Part shown: positions 26,913 through 39,649 of the stretch, in pieces
Position numbering within the stretch: position 1 is the stretch's first letter
Layout: the number at the start of each line of letters is the position of its first letter
Origin: Octopus sinensis
Lineage: Eukaryota
Length of the DNA: 64,000 bases
Direction: 5' to 3'
Assembly (NCBI RefSeq): GCF_006345805.1
Contig: NC_042997.1
Coordinates: forward strand, 140,554,001 to 140,618,000
The notes under the pieces: generated by a model
What the model saw: only the letters and a program-made list of their open reading frames with translations
Database searches by the model: none
Told to the model about the DNA's origin: nothing
Made by a program: the position numbers and the translations under genes

Positions 26913-28533
26913 TAGAGAGTGCATAACGTTCAACTAACTCTACTGTTATGTCATAACTTTGCTTGATCAAAGTTGATCTGGGCCTAAACCTGACTAAAGT
27001 TGCTTAACAATAACATTTCTGTATGCGTGTGTGCGTGAATATTTAAGCTAATTTTCTATTTTTACTTTTATATTCTGCTACAAGTTTCAATCACTGAAGT
27101 GTAGTCATGCAGAGGCACTGCCTTGAAAAGTTTTAGTCAATTATATCAACCTCAATAGTTTGTCTGGTTCTCTTTCCATCATTCTCATAGGATATGAAGT
27201 GCAAAGTGAACTCTGACTGAAGGTGAAATGAGTAAGTCCAGCATAAGTACTGCTAGACATTTCTGTCCCAGTCTACCATTTGTCACTCTTAACCGTTTTC
27301 TTACCAACCCGGATGAAACCAGCTGTTGCTCTGAGTACAAATGTCTTGTTTACATAAGTTTTGAATTAAAATCTTCTACCAAGCCTTAGTCATAATTTAT
27401 GTTCCTAACACTAGATGAATGATAACAAAGTTATTTTACAAAATTCTTTGTTATATTTAAAGTAATTGAAAGAAACACAGAGCATCTCAAAATAAATACA
27501 GTAATGAAAGGGATTTTTTAATTTATTTATGCGCCCTCTTCAAGGCTAGCCAGGCTCATGGTACCAGTTTCCTGGTTTCTGTGGCATATGTGTTCCCCCC
27601 AGCTGGATGGGATGCCAGTCTATCGCAGCGTTACTCAAGAAACAGGAAGAAAGAGTGAGAGAAAGTTGGCGAAAGAGTACAACAGGGGGTCGCCATCACC
27701 CCTTGCCAGAGCCTCATGGAGCTTTAGGTGTTTTCGCTCAATAAACACACACAACACCCAGTCTGGGAATCGAAACCACGATCCTCCGACCGCGAGTCCT
27801 CTGGGCCATTGCGCCTCCAACGAAAGGGTTAAGGGTCAAATAAATAGAGTTGTATCATTAGCATGTGGCTAGTTCTGTGCAGTGGTGATGTGATCTTAAT
27901 GAATCACCTGCACAGCATGAGATAATATGCCTTGCTCAAGGACACACCATGCTCTTCGGTCTGAGTATTGAACCAATGACCTTTACTTATGGTTGCCAGT
28001 CCAACACATTACCCATTAAGCCACACATCATTACATGATTTATTACTAAAGTAGGAGGAAAAAAAGAAAGAAAAATTTGGTTTGTGTTTCTAAGAACCTA
28101 GCTACACGTAATGGAGAGTATTACAAAGGAATTTACTAACGTTATTGCTCAGAATGTGTCCAAAGAGCCAGTCTTATCTGGAGTAACAATATTAATAAAA
28201 TAATAAGAAATAACTCACATTACAATTACTAACATGGAGTTCGCTCACTTCATTGCTTATCTATTAATTAGTAAAAAGGAATGTAAACGGCATAACATTC
28301 TACTGCTTTAATTAGGTTCACTTTCTAAGGTCTGTTTTCCATTAATTGTAAAGCATCGAAGAAACTATAAATTACTTTCTTTCCTATAGGTATATTCTCC
28401 AGATTTTGGTTTTGATTCTGTTATGTACAAAGAGGAGAAGCATAGCTGTTTGGGTAACAAGTTTGCTTTGTAGCCAGGTAATCTTGGTTCTGATTCCAAT
28501 GCATTATTTGGCATTGTTTTCTATTAGGGTGAT

Positions 28534-28596
<63 letters not shown>

Positions 28597-30829
28597 TATA
28601 TATCCTCCTCCTCATCATCATTTAATGTGCATTGTCCATGCTGGCATGGGTTGGATAGTTTGACCAGGGCTGGCAAGCTGAAGGTTGCACCAGATTCTAG
28701 TCTGATTTGGCATGGTTTCTATAGCTGGATGCCTTATATGTGTGTGGTGTGTGTGTGAAGGTGTATGGCTTTGTGGTTAGGCTGTTGCACTCATGATTGC
28801 TAGATTGTGGGTTTGATTTTGTCTAGCATTCTAACAATTGTCAGTTCACTGCTTCATGCTACAATTTGGGTGGCCAAACATATACATCTATCCTTGTTTA
28901 CCTTTTGTGCCAGTGGGACATAAACAGCACCCATTGCACTCCTGGAGTGGTTGGCATTAGGAAGGGCATCCCGTTGTAGAAACCACGCCAAATCGGACTG
29001 GGGTCTGGTGCAGCCCTCCTGCTTACCATTTCCAGTCAAACTGTCCAACCCATGCCAGTATGAAAAGCAGACACTAAATGATGATGATGATGATGATGGT
29101 GACAACACATGGGACGAACAAGGCCTGAAATAATACTGCACACCTTACAGTGCATTGAATCATATGGTACCGGGCTTATTGTAGGATAATGGGAGAATGG
29201 CAAAAAATTAATAGTGAAATGTATGTGACAGCTTTGGCAGTATGGTTACATGTTCATTTCTGTGGCAAGAAGTTGAATGCTTAAATTAATTTAAGGTTCC
29301 TAAACTAAAAGTAATTTTTTTTTACAATAATTTTTTTCTTACAATATCATCATAATTTAAAGCGGTGACCTGGCAGAAATGTTAGCACGCCAGACGAAAT
29401 GCTTAGCTGTATTTCGTCTGCTGTTATGGTCTGAGTTCAAATTCTGCTGAGGTCGACTTTGCCTTTCATCCTTTCGGGGTCGATAAATTAAGTACCAGTT
29501 ATGCACTGGGGTCGATGTAATTGACTTAATCCCTTTGTTCTTGTTTGTCCACTCTATGTTTAGCCCCTTGTGGGTAGTAAAGAAATAGGTATTTCGTCTG
29601 CTGTTACACTCTGAGTTCAAATTCTGCCGAGGTCAACTTTGCCTTTCATTTTTTGGGGTTGATAAATTAAGTACCAGTTACATACTAGTGTCAATCTGAT
29701 CGACTGGCCCCCTCCCCCAAAATTTTGGGCCTTGTGCCTAGAGTAGAATTTGTTTGCAAAATCTGTTTTCAAAATTAATGATACACTTTTAGAAGTCAGA
29801 AACAAAACTTAGTCATGTACGATGAGCTTATCAAACAGTTTACATCTCAAAGAAGAAGAATAGAACTTAAATATAAGTAATTTAAATAAATAAAATTATA
29901 TGATCTCTTATTTTTCAGCATGTGTGCATAAGAAAATTATGGCTTATTTTAGAATGCTTACGATTTATAGGGTATTATTAATTAGGTTTAATTTAGTGCC
30001 ATATATCTGTATCCAACTGAATTAAGTTTACATTATTTACATTTTGGATCCCACATTTTGAATTGAAATACACAATTTGTATACCTAATTTGAGTAATAT
30101 TAATGGTAGTCATAGTATGGTCAGTGTGGCAACACACCCAATGACAACAATTACCATACACCACAGATGTGTGTGTGTGTTTGTGTGTCTGTCTTCTACG
30201 ACTGCTTGACAACTGGTGTTGGTGTGTTTACAACCTTGTAACTTAGCAGTTCAGCAAAAGAGACTAATAGAATAAATACCAGGCTTTAAAAAAAAATAAT
30301 ACTGGGGTCCATTCTTTTGACCAAAGGGTCTTCAAAGTGGTGTCCCAGCATGGCCACAGTCTAATGACTGGAGCTAGTAAAAGGTAAAAGATATTTAGTA
30401 AAATAACTTTCTCATTATTAAACTGGAATCAGGAACAATTTAACAGAAAATTATGATGGAAGATTATGATTTAGACCACTTTAAAACTGTAAAGATTATG
30501 TCATAGAATTAGAGGCAGTCTCAGGTGAGCTGGTATCAAACGAGTTATAGTGTTATTATTAGCATTGATTTATTAATTCTCATGTGACCTATATTTAACT
30601 ATAATTAAACCACTTAGAAGAAGAAAATTGGTGTTTTAATTATTTCCCTGAAGCTGGGACATGGGGAAAACATTACAAATTACAGGTGCCAAATAGCTCA
30701 ATCAATCATATATCTTAAAATCGCACCAGATGTAATTAAAATTCTATAATTTGCTTTGCTAGAGTATTTTTAAGGTTTAATATTTGTCCTTATTTTTTGT
30801 CAACAACAGTTAGTCATTGACTTACAGGA

Positions 30830-31210
30830 TTACACTTACAAGAAGCCAAGCATATTCCTCATGAATACTTGAACTTCTGACTCACTGTTGTGCAGTCTCT
30901 TCTCTGCCTTTCCTATTACTTCTATAATGGCCTCTGTTTCTCAGACCTGACTAATCTGATACCTCGTCTACTTGGACACTCCTTGCCACTTGTCTCTCCT
31001 TCTGTTTATCATTCTTGTTAAGTCCAAAATCCCCCCCCCCCGGCCCAGGTCCCATATCAATTACTTTCCTCATTCCTTCTACCTCAGAATACTATCCTTC
31101 TGGAATCTCCACCCTGATCATGTTTTTGTTGTGGGTGTTGACTTTCAACAGCTTCAACAAGAAACATCAACATCTTCAGTATTACTCATTTTTGAGGTCC
31201 TGCAAAGGTC
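30830..31210 (+). mobile_element. Decayed CR1/Jockey-like LINE 3' end
   Basis: SLLCLSYYFYNGLCFSDLTNLIPRL and HSFYLRILSFWNLHPDHVF resemble the ORF2 C-terminal SFF.R....WN.LP motif. Confidence 0.55.
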
Positions 31211-31610
31211 ATGAGCACTTCCTTTCCCTCCAAATCCAGTGGCTGTGTGGTAAGAAGCTTGTTTCCCCCCACCTCGTGGTTCTGGGTTTGGTCCCACTGA
31301 ATGGCACCATGGACAAATGTCTTCTACTATAGACTCGGGACCAACCAAAACCTCGTGAGTGAATTTGGTAGATGGAAACTGAAAGAACCCTGTCATGTTT
31401 GTATGTATGTATATATATATATATATACTACAAAATTAGAGAATGGAGAAACATACTTAAATCAATAAAACATCAACTATCCGATGATACCCAATCAATA
31501 CTTTAATACACCATTACATATGAGTAAAGGCATTATATAAAATGAGATATACAGTAATAGTAAAAAGATAAAGAGATATAAGTAAAAAATTTTCAAATAT
31601 AATATGCAAT

Positions 31611-31736
31611 TAAATCAAAACTGACAGCTGTTTCGGCAGTGAGGGCAGTCATACCTCATTTAACCTCTTAGCCATAAAGGCAGGTATAAATGAGGCATTA
31701 ACAAGGATGCCCCACGGCCTCTTCAGAGAATTAAAT
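31611..31736 (-). ncRNA. Hammerhead ribozyme copy in the inverted 5' pseudo-LTR
   Basis: Reverse complement of 34975-35100. Confidence 0.8.
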
Positions 31737-31845
31737 TAAATTTGTTATAATTGTGAAAAATATAATATAACCATATACATATAAATATAAAAATAATATT
31801 GATATAGTTAGATATAACAATGACAGTGGTAAGAATAGTAATCCT

Positions 31846-32865
31846 ATGGGTTGGTCTAGGAATAGGATTTTTACAAATAACAATAATTCTATAGGCAATC
31901 CTATTTCTGATAAGGATACACTATGGTTGATTATCCCATATGCAATGCAGATTAAAACAAACATAGTGAGAGCTTTGCATAATGTTATATTTAGGCATTT
32001 TGGTAAGGATAAGAATAAATTTAGTCCTTTAATTAACAACAGTACTGTTAGAGTGGGATATAGCATTACCCATAATCTAGCCACCATTATCTCCTCTTTT
32101 AATAACAGGAAACTGGATCACTTCTATAAGGATAGAAAATTGAATTTAGACCAGGGAAATGTGCCCCTCTTTAATAATAATAGGAACAGAAACTTTCTTA
32201 GAACGAATGTGAACAACCCCCTTACTAATAATGAGTGCACCGTACCTGTCAGAGATAATATAAATGTAATAGATCATACTACTACTACCAATACTAGTAC
32301 TAGTGATAGGAATATAGCCGATAATGTGAAATTAACTCATTCGTTGATTTTGGGTTTGGATGATGATAACAATTGTAACACTTATAATGTGAATGGTAGT
32401 ATAGGGGTGGAGACCAATCTTAGATTTCCTCATTCTGTTAATCTTTGTAATTGCAGAAACAAAAATAAATGTGTATTTGATAATCAATGCCTCAGGAAGG
32501 AGGTAGTTTACCAATGCACTGTAGATACACAATTGAGTAGTAGGGTGTATATCGGGGCAACTATGAATAGCATAAAACAAAGATTGAATTATCACAGATA
32601 TACTTTTAGAAATAAAAATATAATGTACTCTACAGGGCTAAGTGCTTACATTTGGGAACTTAAAAGTAAGAACTTAGATTTTAGATTAAACTGGAAAATA
32701 CTAACTTCAGCACCTGTGTATAATGGAAAAAATAAAAAATGCTCTCTATGTATTAATGAAATTTTTTTCATTATTAAAGCGGGTCGGCAAATTATTAACA
32801 ACATTAATGAAAAAAACTTCTTTTGCATTCATAGGCTACCGTTCACCTTTTCTAGATTCAAATAG
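31846..32865 (+). CDS. Penelope/Naiad ORF remnant: RT-thumb/linker plus GIY-YIG endonuclease, RT core absent
   Basis: 339 aa without stops. WLIIPYAMQIKTNI...RHF...TVRVGYS..NL..IISSFN resembles the PLE thumb. CNCx5Cx5C, VVYQ...YIG, KQR..H, L..YIW.LK, WKIL, CxLCxxE and CxH are Naiad-type endonuclease motifs. The frame stays open upstream to the inversion junction at ~31795. Confidence 0.9.
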   Translation: MGWSRNRIFTNNNNSIGNPISDKDTLWLIIPYAMQIKTNIVRALHNVIFRHFGKDKNKFSPLINNSTVRVGYSITHNLATIISSFNNRKLDHFYKDRKLNLDQGNVPLFNNNRNRNFLRTNVNNPLTNNECTVPVRDNINVIDHTTTTNTSTSDRNIADNVKLTHSLILGLDDDNNCNTYNVNGSIGVETNLRFPHSVNLCNCRNKNKCVFDNQCLRKEVVYQCTVDTQLSSRVYIGATMNSIKQRLNYHRYTFRNKNIMYSTGLSAYIWELKSKNLDFRLNWKILTSAPVYNGKNKKCSLCINEIFFIIKAGRQIINNINEKNFFCIHRLPFTFSRFK

Positions 32866-34974
32866 AACTTAGCACTTCCACTATTATTTTTAACTCCCTT
32901 CTTTAACTAACTATACCTGTGGTCTTCTATAATTCTTAAGTATACAAATTATAAATTTATAATTTTATAATTTTATAATTTTTATAGCTACATTTGTATA
33001 ATAATAATAGATGTGTCTAGTATTATTTGTTTCTTGTTTTTTGTATGTGGGTTTTTGTTTGTTTTTTAAGGGAAATGCAATATGACACGATATAACATAT
33101 TCACTTTGGTATTTGCCTTGTAATATGTGATTTTTGAAGTTTTCTAATATTGCATAGTATATTGCATAGTATATATGTATATCTTGGTTAGATACCTAGC
33201 TCTAGATAATGTAAGGATATTGTATAATATGTAATATATGAGAGCCTTTTATAAGTTTGGTGTGTTTAGGTAGAGAATATAGGTTTTTTGTATGTGTTTT
33301 TTGGAAGGTTTTTATTGTATATTTGGTCTTTCTTTGTACTCACCTTAATTTGTATCTTATGCTACTCACTAATAAACCTTTTTCATTTTTTTCATTTTTT
33401 TCATTTTCTCATTTACATACATTTGGCTTTATAAATATTACCAGCCTTATATATTTAGTTTATATCTATAGTCCTCTGGATCTGTACTTTAAATTATCCT
33501 TCCATACATATTTACTTTCAACAATATAACATATATTCACTTTATTTATTTTTTATTTTTATTTTATTTTATTTTATTGTAATGTTATCAATCTCTGCAT
33601 TTAGTCTTCTAATTATTTATTTATTTGCCTATTTAAGTGTAGATGTTTACATACATATCAAGTCTTCTAATTTGTTATCTATTTATTTTTTACTTATTTA
33701 CTTATACTAGGGTAGTTTTATATATACATATCTATCATTTATTTTTATTTAATTTTAATAATATATGAATACATATATACTGGTTTGTACTTATAATATG
33801 TGTATAACCGTATTTATTCCTTAGTTTTTATTCCTTCTTATTTATCTTTTCACATTTTACCTTAAGTATTTATAATATAAATTTTTTAAAAATTTCTGTG
33901 ATGTTCTCATAAGCGTTTACATTAGTACTTCCCCTTCTATTTTTTAATGCCTAAACTGGTATATTATGGCATTAAATTTATTAAGTAAATAAGTGATTTA
34001 TTTATAATATATAAATTAATATATATTTTATATTTTATAATTTAGCGTACTTGGAATCATAACAAACTTACGATAAACCTAACAACCGTATGTTTACTAT
34101 GCAACAAACCGGTGTTATAAATTTTAAGTTACCCATGAAATAATTTTCTGACTTAGTAACATATTGATATTTAAAAATATATTTATATCTAAATTAAATA
34201 TTTTATGAAAGGCATGGGTGGTTCTTTTTTCGTTATTTGAAGCACAGTTATAATTTTGAAGGACTAAATGGTAGCATAGCTGCTTCCCTTTTTGTTTATC
34301 TATGTTGCTTGTGATTATGTATGTGTATATGTTGCTTGTGATTATGTATGTGTATAAGTGTATGTATATACATATAACTATGTGTGTATGTGCGATTGAT
34401 CTGTAGATGCGTGTGTGAATATTGGCGTTCCGTGACTAACCAACCGTATAATTTTCTTTTGTGATTTAAATTTCAAACCAATAGCCAATCGAATTAATCT
34501 AAATTTTCTTTACCTAGTGATCAGCATTTCTAAAACTCATAGTTATTTCGATCTTGAAAGGATGGACTTGGTGCTAACTTAACTGTATCTATTATTATTA
34601 TTATTATTTTTATTATTATTATTATTATTAATATTAATAGTAATTTTTATTAACTTTCATAGCTTTAGAATTTTATGAACTGAACCATGGTTTTAATTAT
34701 TATTTTTCATCTCCCTATGTTTTAGTTTTTTTTAAAAAAACTATTAGCCAAATATGTATAATATCGGTACTTATTAATATTAGTATATACACTGATATAT
34801 ATTTTGTTTTATTTTGTTCTGTTTACCTTCCTTTATTGTACCAATAAGTATTATATTATATAAGTGTAGCATTATGATGTATAAGTTTTTATATTTTTTA
34901 TATTTTACATTTTTATATTTTTATATTTATATGTATATGGTTATATTATATTTTTCACAATTATAACAAATTTA

Positions 34975-35100
34975 ATTTAATTCTCTGAAGAGGCCGTGGG
35001 GCATCCTTGTTAATGCCTCATTTATACCTGCCTTTATGGCTAAGAGGTTAAATGAGGTATGACTGCCCTCACTGCCGAAACAGCTGTCAGTTTTGATTTA
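34975..35100 (+). ncRNA. Type I hammerhead ribozyme in the Penelope 3' pseudo-LTR
   Basis: CTGAAGA (34985-34991), long stem II, GAAA (35077-35080), palindromic ACAGCTGT stem III, GTC triplet (predicted cut after 35088). Stem I is imperfect. Confidence 0.8.
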
Positions 35101-35446
35101 ATTGCATATTATATTTGAAAATTTTTTACTTATATCTCTTTATCTTTTTACTATTACTGTATATCTCATTTTATATAATGCCTTTACTCATATGTAATGG
35201 TGTATTAAAGTATTGATTGGGTATCATCGGATAGTTGATGTTTTATTGATTTAAGTATGTTTCTCCATTCTCTAATTTTGTAGTATTAATTTACGGTAAT
35301 ATTATTACCTTTACCCATATAATACAATGGATGAACTGATTGTTTGACAATTTTTAACATCTATGTATTAATCTTGTTGGGTACCTATCTGGCAGTATAT
35401 TGGATATATATTATCCCATGGTGGGTTGAATTTTCAACCCCTATCT

Positions 35447-35490
<44 letters not shown>

Positions 35491-38400
35491 ACAGTTAATG
35501 CATGACAAGGAAACAGTCCCCGCCTGAAATCAGCAAGTAAAATAAACAGGCCTGGACAGTAGTAGTTATGTATTGAGAAATATGGTAAAAATTTACAATA
35601 ATGGCAGTACAGAGTTGTTACAACATAACTGAGTCAATAGCCAAATATTGGTCAAGGTAAAATAGTCACCAAGAGTCATGAGTTCAAGAAGTATAAATTG
35701 AAGATGTGAGTTCTTAATGACAGAGTTCATCATCATCATTTATTATCTGTTCTCCATGCTACCATGAGTTGGATGGTTTGACATGTGTGTGTCTTTGTGT
35801 CTCTGTTTGTCCCTTACCATCTCTTGATAACTGGTGCTGGCATGTTTATGTCCCCATAACTTAGTGGTTTGGCAAAGAGATCGATAGAATAAGTACTAAG
35901 CTTTTTTTTTTTTAATTCTTCAAAGTGGTGGTCCAGCATGGCTGCAATCTAATAACTGAAACAAGTAAAAAGTAAATATATGATGTAATAATATCATCAT
36001 AAACTGGTAGCCATCATAATTTTTCCCAGTAATAATAACACTCCTTAAATGGCTTGCACAGTTAATTGTCCTCCATTTTGTCAGGTATTTAAAGACTATG
36101 TAAACACCTGATAAATATAAGTAAGGAGGGGTCTTCATTACCCCCCACTGTTGTCTAGTCAGACTATCCCATCATTTTTTTTTTATTCAAGAAGAGCAAA
36201 TCCAGGACAGCATATAAAATGTGCCCATCCTTTAGATACCAACCTACCTGTGGTTCTATAACACCACCTTCCTCTTTTAAAGTGATATAATTTAATATAT
36301 GCCATAAAAATTTCATATTAATAATTTGTTTTGAACTTCAGTTTAATAACAAAGTTATTTTGCTAATTTTTTCATTATTTTCAAAATCAATTAAAACAAA
36401 GACAGTGTACTTCAACAGAAATATGGTAACAAAATGCTTATGTGATAAAGAAATTTGGTTATTATTAGTTTGAAATTTTGGCACAAGGCCAGCAATTTTG
36501 GGGGAGGGGTAAGTTGATTGCATTGACCCCAGTGCTCAACTAGTACTTATTTTATTGACCCCGAAAGGATGAACAAAGTCAACCTCGCCGGAATTTGAAC
36601 TCAGTATGTTGAGATGTAAAAAGCACCCCTTGTGCCACGTAAAAAGCACTACTCACCTCACCTGTGCTTGTGCCATGTAAAAAGCACTATGTCTACTCTG
36701 CTGAGTAGTTGGTGTTAGAAAGGGCATCCAGCTGTAAACATCCTGCCAAAACAGTCACAGAGGTCTGGTGCAGGCTTTGGTCTGGCCAGCTCTTGTGGTA
36801 CCGTCTCACCCATGCTAGCATGGAAGATGGATGTTAAACGATGATGATGATGTTGATGATGGATGTTAAAATAGACAAAATGCTGGTAATGATTCGGTCC
36901 AGCACAGTAATAATTCAGTCAGCTTGCCACCTTATAAATTTGGTTATTATTGCAAGCAAGCTTGGTGACTGTCTGCCAAATCCACCTCCACGGAACCCCC
37001 GAGACACACAAACACACATACGCATATATATATATACATATATATGACAGGCTTCTTTCAGTTTCCGTCTACCAAATCCACTCACAAGGCTTTGGTCGGC
37101 CCGAGGCTATAGTAGAAGACACTTGCCCAAGGTGCCACGCAGTGGGACTAAACTTGGAATCATGTTGTTGGTAAGCAAGCTACTTACCACACAGCCACTC
37201 CTGCGCCTATTAGTTATGTGCTTTTAAACATTTTAAGTTTGAGTCTCATCAGATCTAATTGCTTGTTGTCTTTCAAAATTGATCATCTTGCTGCATGTCT
37301 AAATCAAATTTTAATTAATTAAAATTTCTCAGGCATGGCAGTATGGTAAGAAGCTTACTTACTAACCACATGGTTCTGGGTTCAGTCCTACTGTGTGGCA
37401 CTTTGTGCAAGTGTCTTCTACTACAACCTCAGCCCAACCAAAGCCTTATGAGTGGATTTGGTAAATGGAAACTGAAAGAAGCCCGTTGTATATTAGTATG
37501 TGTCTTTGTGTCTGTGTTTGTCCCCCTCACCACCACTTGACAACCAGTGTTGGTGTGTTTACATCCCTGTAACTTAGCAGTTTGGCAAAAAGAGACCGAT
37601 AGAATAAGTAACTATCAGGGTTGATAATTCAGTGCCTCAGCATGGCCACAGTCTAATAACTGGACAAGTAAAAGATAAAAGATAAGAAAACGATAGTAGT
37701 CATCTCTTTATCACGACCAGATTTGATTTACATTTTAGTCATTCAGGCTATGATCACCTTTCGCACTGCAATTAACACACTTAATTAACTGAAATTTGTT
37801 TTGCTCACATTATTACATATGTTATCACTCTGTTAACCACCAGTTATATGCACAGCTTGATTACACTCCTGTTCTCCCATAAGTTTTTAGCCTTATAAGA
37901 ATCTTTATTACCCAGGAGGACATGTGGAAATTTCATAGTGTAAGTCAGCATATGTGAATATCTACTCTCCCTTCTATTGATATATGTATATATCTATCTG
38001 TCTGCTCACAATACTGATAAGCATTTAAGCCAAATAAAAAGAAAAAGAATAATGACAGTGCCCCAGTATGGCCGCAGTGTTTGGTTTGGAACATATAAAA
38101 GATAAAAGTGAAACATCCATTCCTATTTTGCTAAGGTTATTTCACTTTGATCTAACTATCTATTGATATATCTTTTATGGCATAAGTGTGTAGATCTACA
38201 TGATATTGTTTCATTATGTTATACAATTTGACTGTGCCCGAGATTTGAACACACATATGCAGAATAATATAAACCTAGTCCCTCTGTCTCTCTCTCACTC
38301 TCTCTTTCACTTGTGTTTTCTCTTTCTATTTTTTATTGATTTCACTTTTTCTGTTTCTCTCTTTGTCTCTCCTTTGCCTTCTCTTTCTATATATATCTTT

Positions 38401-38702
38401 TCTCATTTGAGTTATTGCCTCCCTTGATGTAACACATGGCCAAAACAGCCAAGCCTTAGGGACATCAAGAATTATAGCATAATTCTATTCAAATTAGCAA
38501 CTCTCTCTCCCTGCCACCTGCTCTTGATGTAAATGTATTTGCTGTAACAGTTCTTTAAATTTGCTCCAACTGTATTTCTCTGTACAACTGTCTGTAATGA
38601 CAAAATTTCTTAAATATCATATAGCATTTTAACCTAACTTTCAAACAACAAATATCATAAATTACAGTTTTATTTACTTTAGATATTTTGTTTCATTTTC
38701 AG

Positions 38703-38828
38703 CATTCATAGTCTTCATCAACTGTGCAAACGTAAGGTGGGCTGCCAGGGTGCAAGGAATTTTCACAGCAACCAAAATATTTGCTTTACTTATTGTTGTT
38801 GTTGTTGGATTTTATACATTAATATCAG
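38703..38828 (+). CDS. Internal exon of an SLC7/LAT-type heteromeric amino-acid transporter light chain (about TM4-TM5)
   Basis: Acceptor tttcattttcAG and donor G|GTAAGT; 126 bp, phase 1-1. Translates to FIVFINCANVRWAARVQGIFTATKIFALLIVVVVGFYTLIS(G), matching the INC..V.WA.RVQ..FT..K pattern of LAT/y+LAT/b(0,+)AT proteins. Paralogue cannot be assigned. Confidence 0.93.
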
Positions 38829-38879
38829 GTAAGTGTTCTACATTCACTCCTCCTTTTTTTTTTATATATAATAATCTGC

Positions 38880-39440
38880 TTATGTTACCTACCAAGACCT
38901 CCTCTTGTCTCGTGTTATCAACTTACTTTTAACTGCCTTCGTGCCATATTATCCAAGTTATGAACTTACCCAAAACTACACATTATCTATGTTACCACCC
39001 CACCCAAAACTGATCCTGATCCCATGTTACCAATCTATCTAAAACTACCTTTGGCCCCTTATTAATCCATTCACAACTACCTGTTGCCTTGTTTTGCCAA
39101 CCCACAAAAGGCTACCATTTATCCCTTGTTGCCAACCCAAACAAAACTGATCCTGGCCCCATGTACCAACACATCTAAAACAAACTACCTTTGGCCCTTT
39201 ATTAATTCATTCATGACTACTTGTTGTTCAGTGTTACCAACCCACAAAAGGCTATCCTTTATCCCATGTCACTAACCCACCCAAGATCATACCTTTAGCC
39301 TCGTACTACCATGCCCCTCCCCATCTCCCAAACTCACCCTTCATCCAATCAAGACTCCTAATGTTATGTTACCAATCTCTGCAGTACTGGGGCATGTCAC
39401 ATGTTACCAAATCCACCTAAGAATTCGTTACCAAGCTGCC
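38880..39440. repeat. Diverged C-rich minisatellite just downstream of the SLC7 exon
   Basis: Recurrent tgttaccaaccca..caaaact motif with ~35-40-bp monomers and a ~120-bp higher-order repeat (aactacctttggcccctt.attaat at ~39043 and ~39184). Confidence 0.7.
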
Positions 39441-39649
39441 CCAAACTGTTCACTTTAAGGTGTCCATAATTAAATAAAAATTTTGATTGAAATTTTGTTA
39501 TTACATGAATAACAATTCAAGATTTCAGTATCTAAAATATCTATCATGGTCATATGTCAATTCTCTGTGCCAAAATTGAACCTCTCACATTATTATTACT
39601 ATTTTAATGTCATTTGTGAGATATATGGATGTATTAGATTGGTCTGTGT

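Larger units (their letters stand above)
31425..35452 (+). mobile_element. 5'-truncated Penelope-like retroelement (Naiad type) with inverted pseudo-LTR
   Basis: GIY-YIG ORF; 371-bp inverted repeat 31425-31795 / 34916-35286; hammerhead motif in each repeat; extra 3' tail 35287-35452; (TA)n on both flanks. Confidence 0.9.

Noticed and set aside
26515-26970. 151-aa ORF
   Set aside because: Antisense reading of a full-length SINE.
31846-33000. Selenoprotein-type Naiad (UGA recoding plus SECIS)
   Set aside because: No in-frame TGA, conserved Cys residues use TGY codons, and I saw no convincing ATGA..AA..GA stem-loop after the stop.
31425-35286. DNA transposon with long TIRs
   Set aside because: The ORF is GIY-YIG rather than DDE, the repeats contain hammerheads, and the right repeat extends asymmetrically to 35452.
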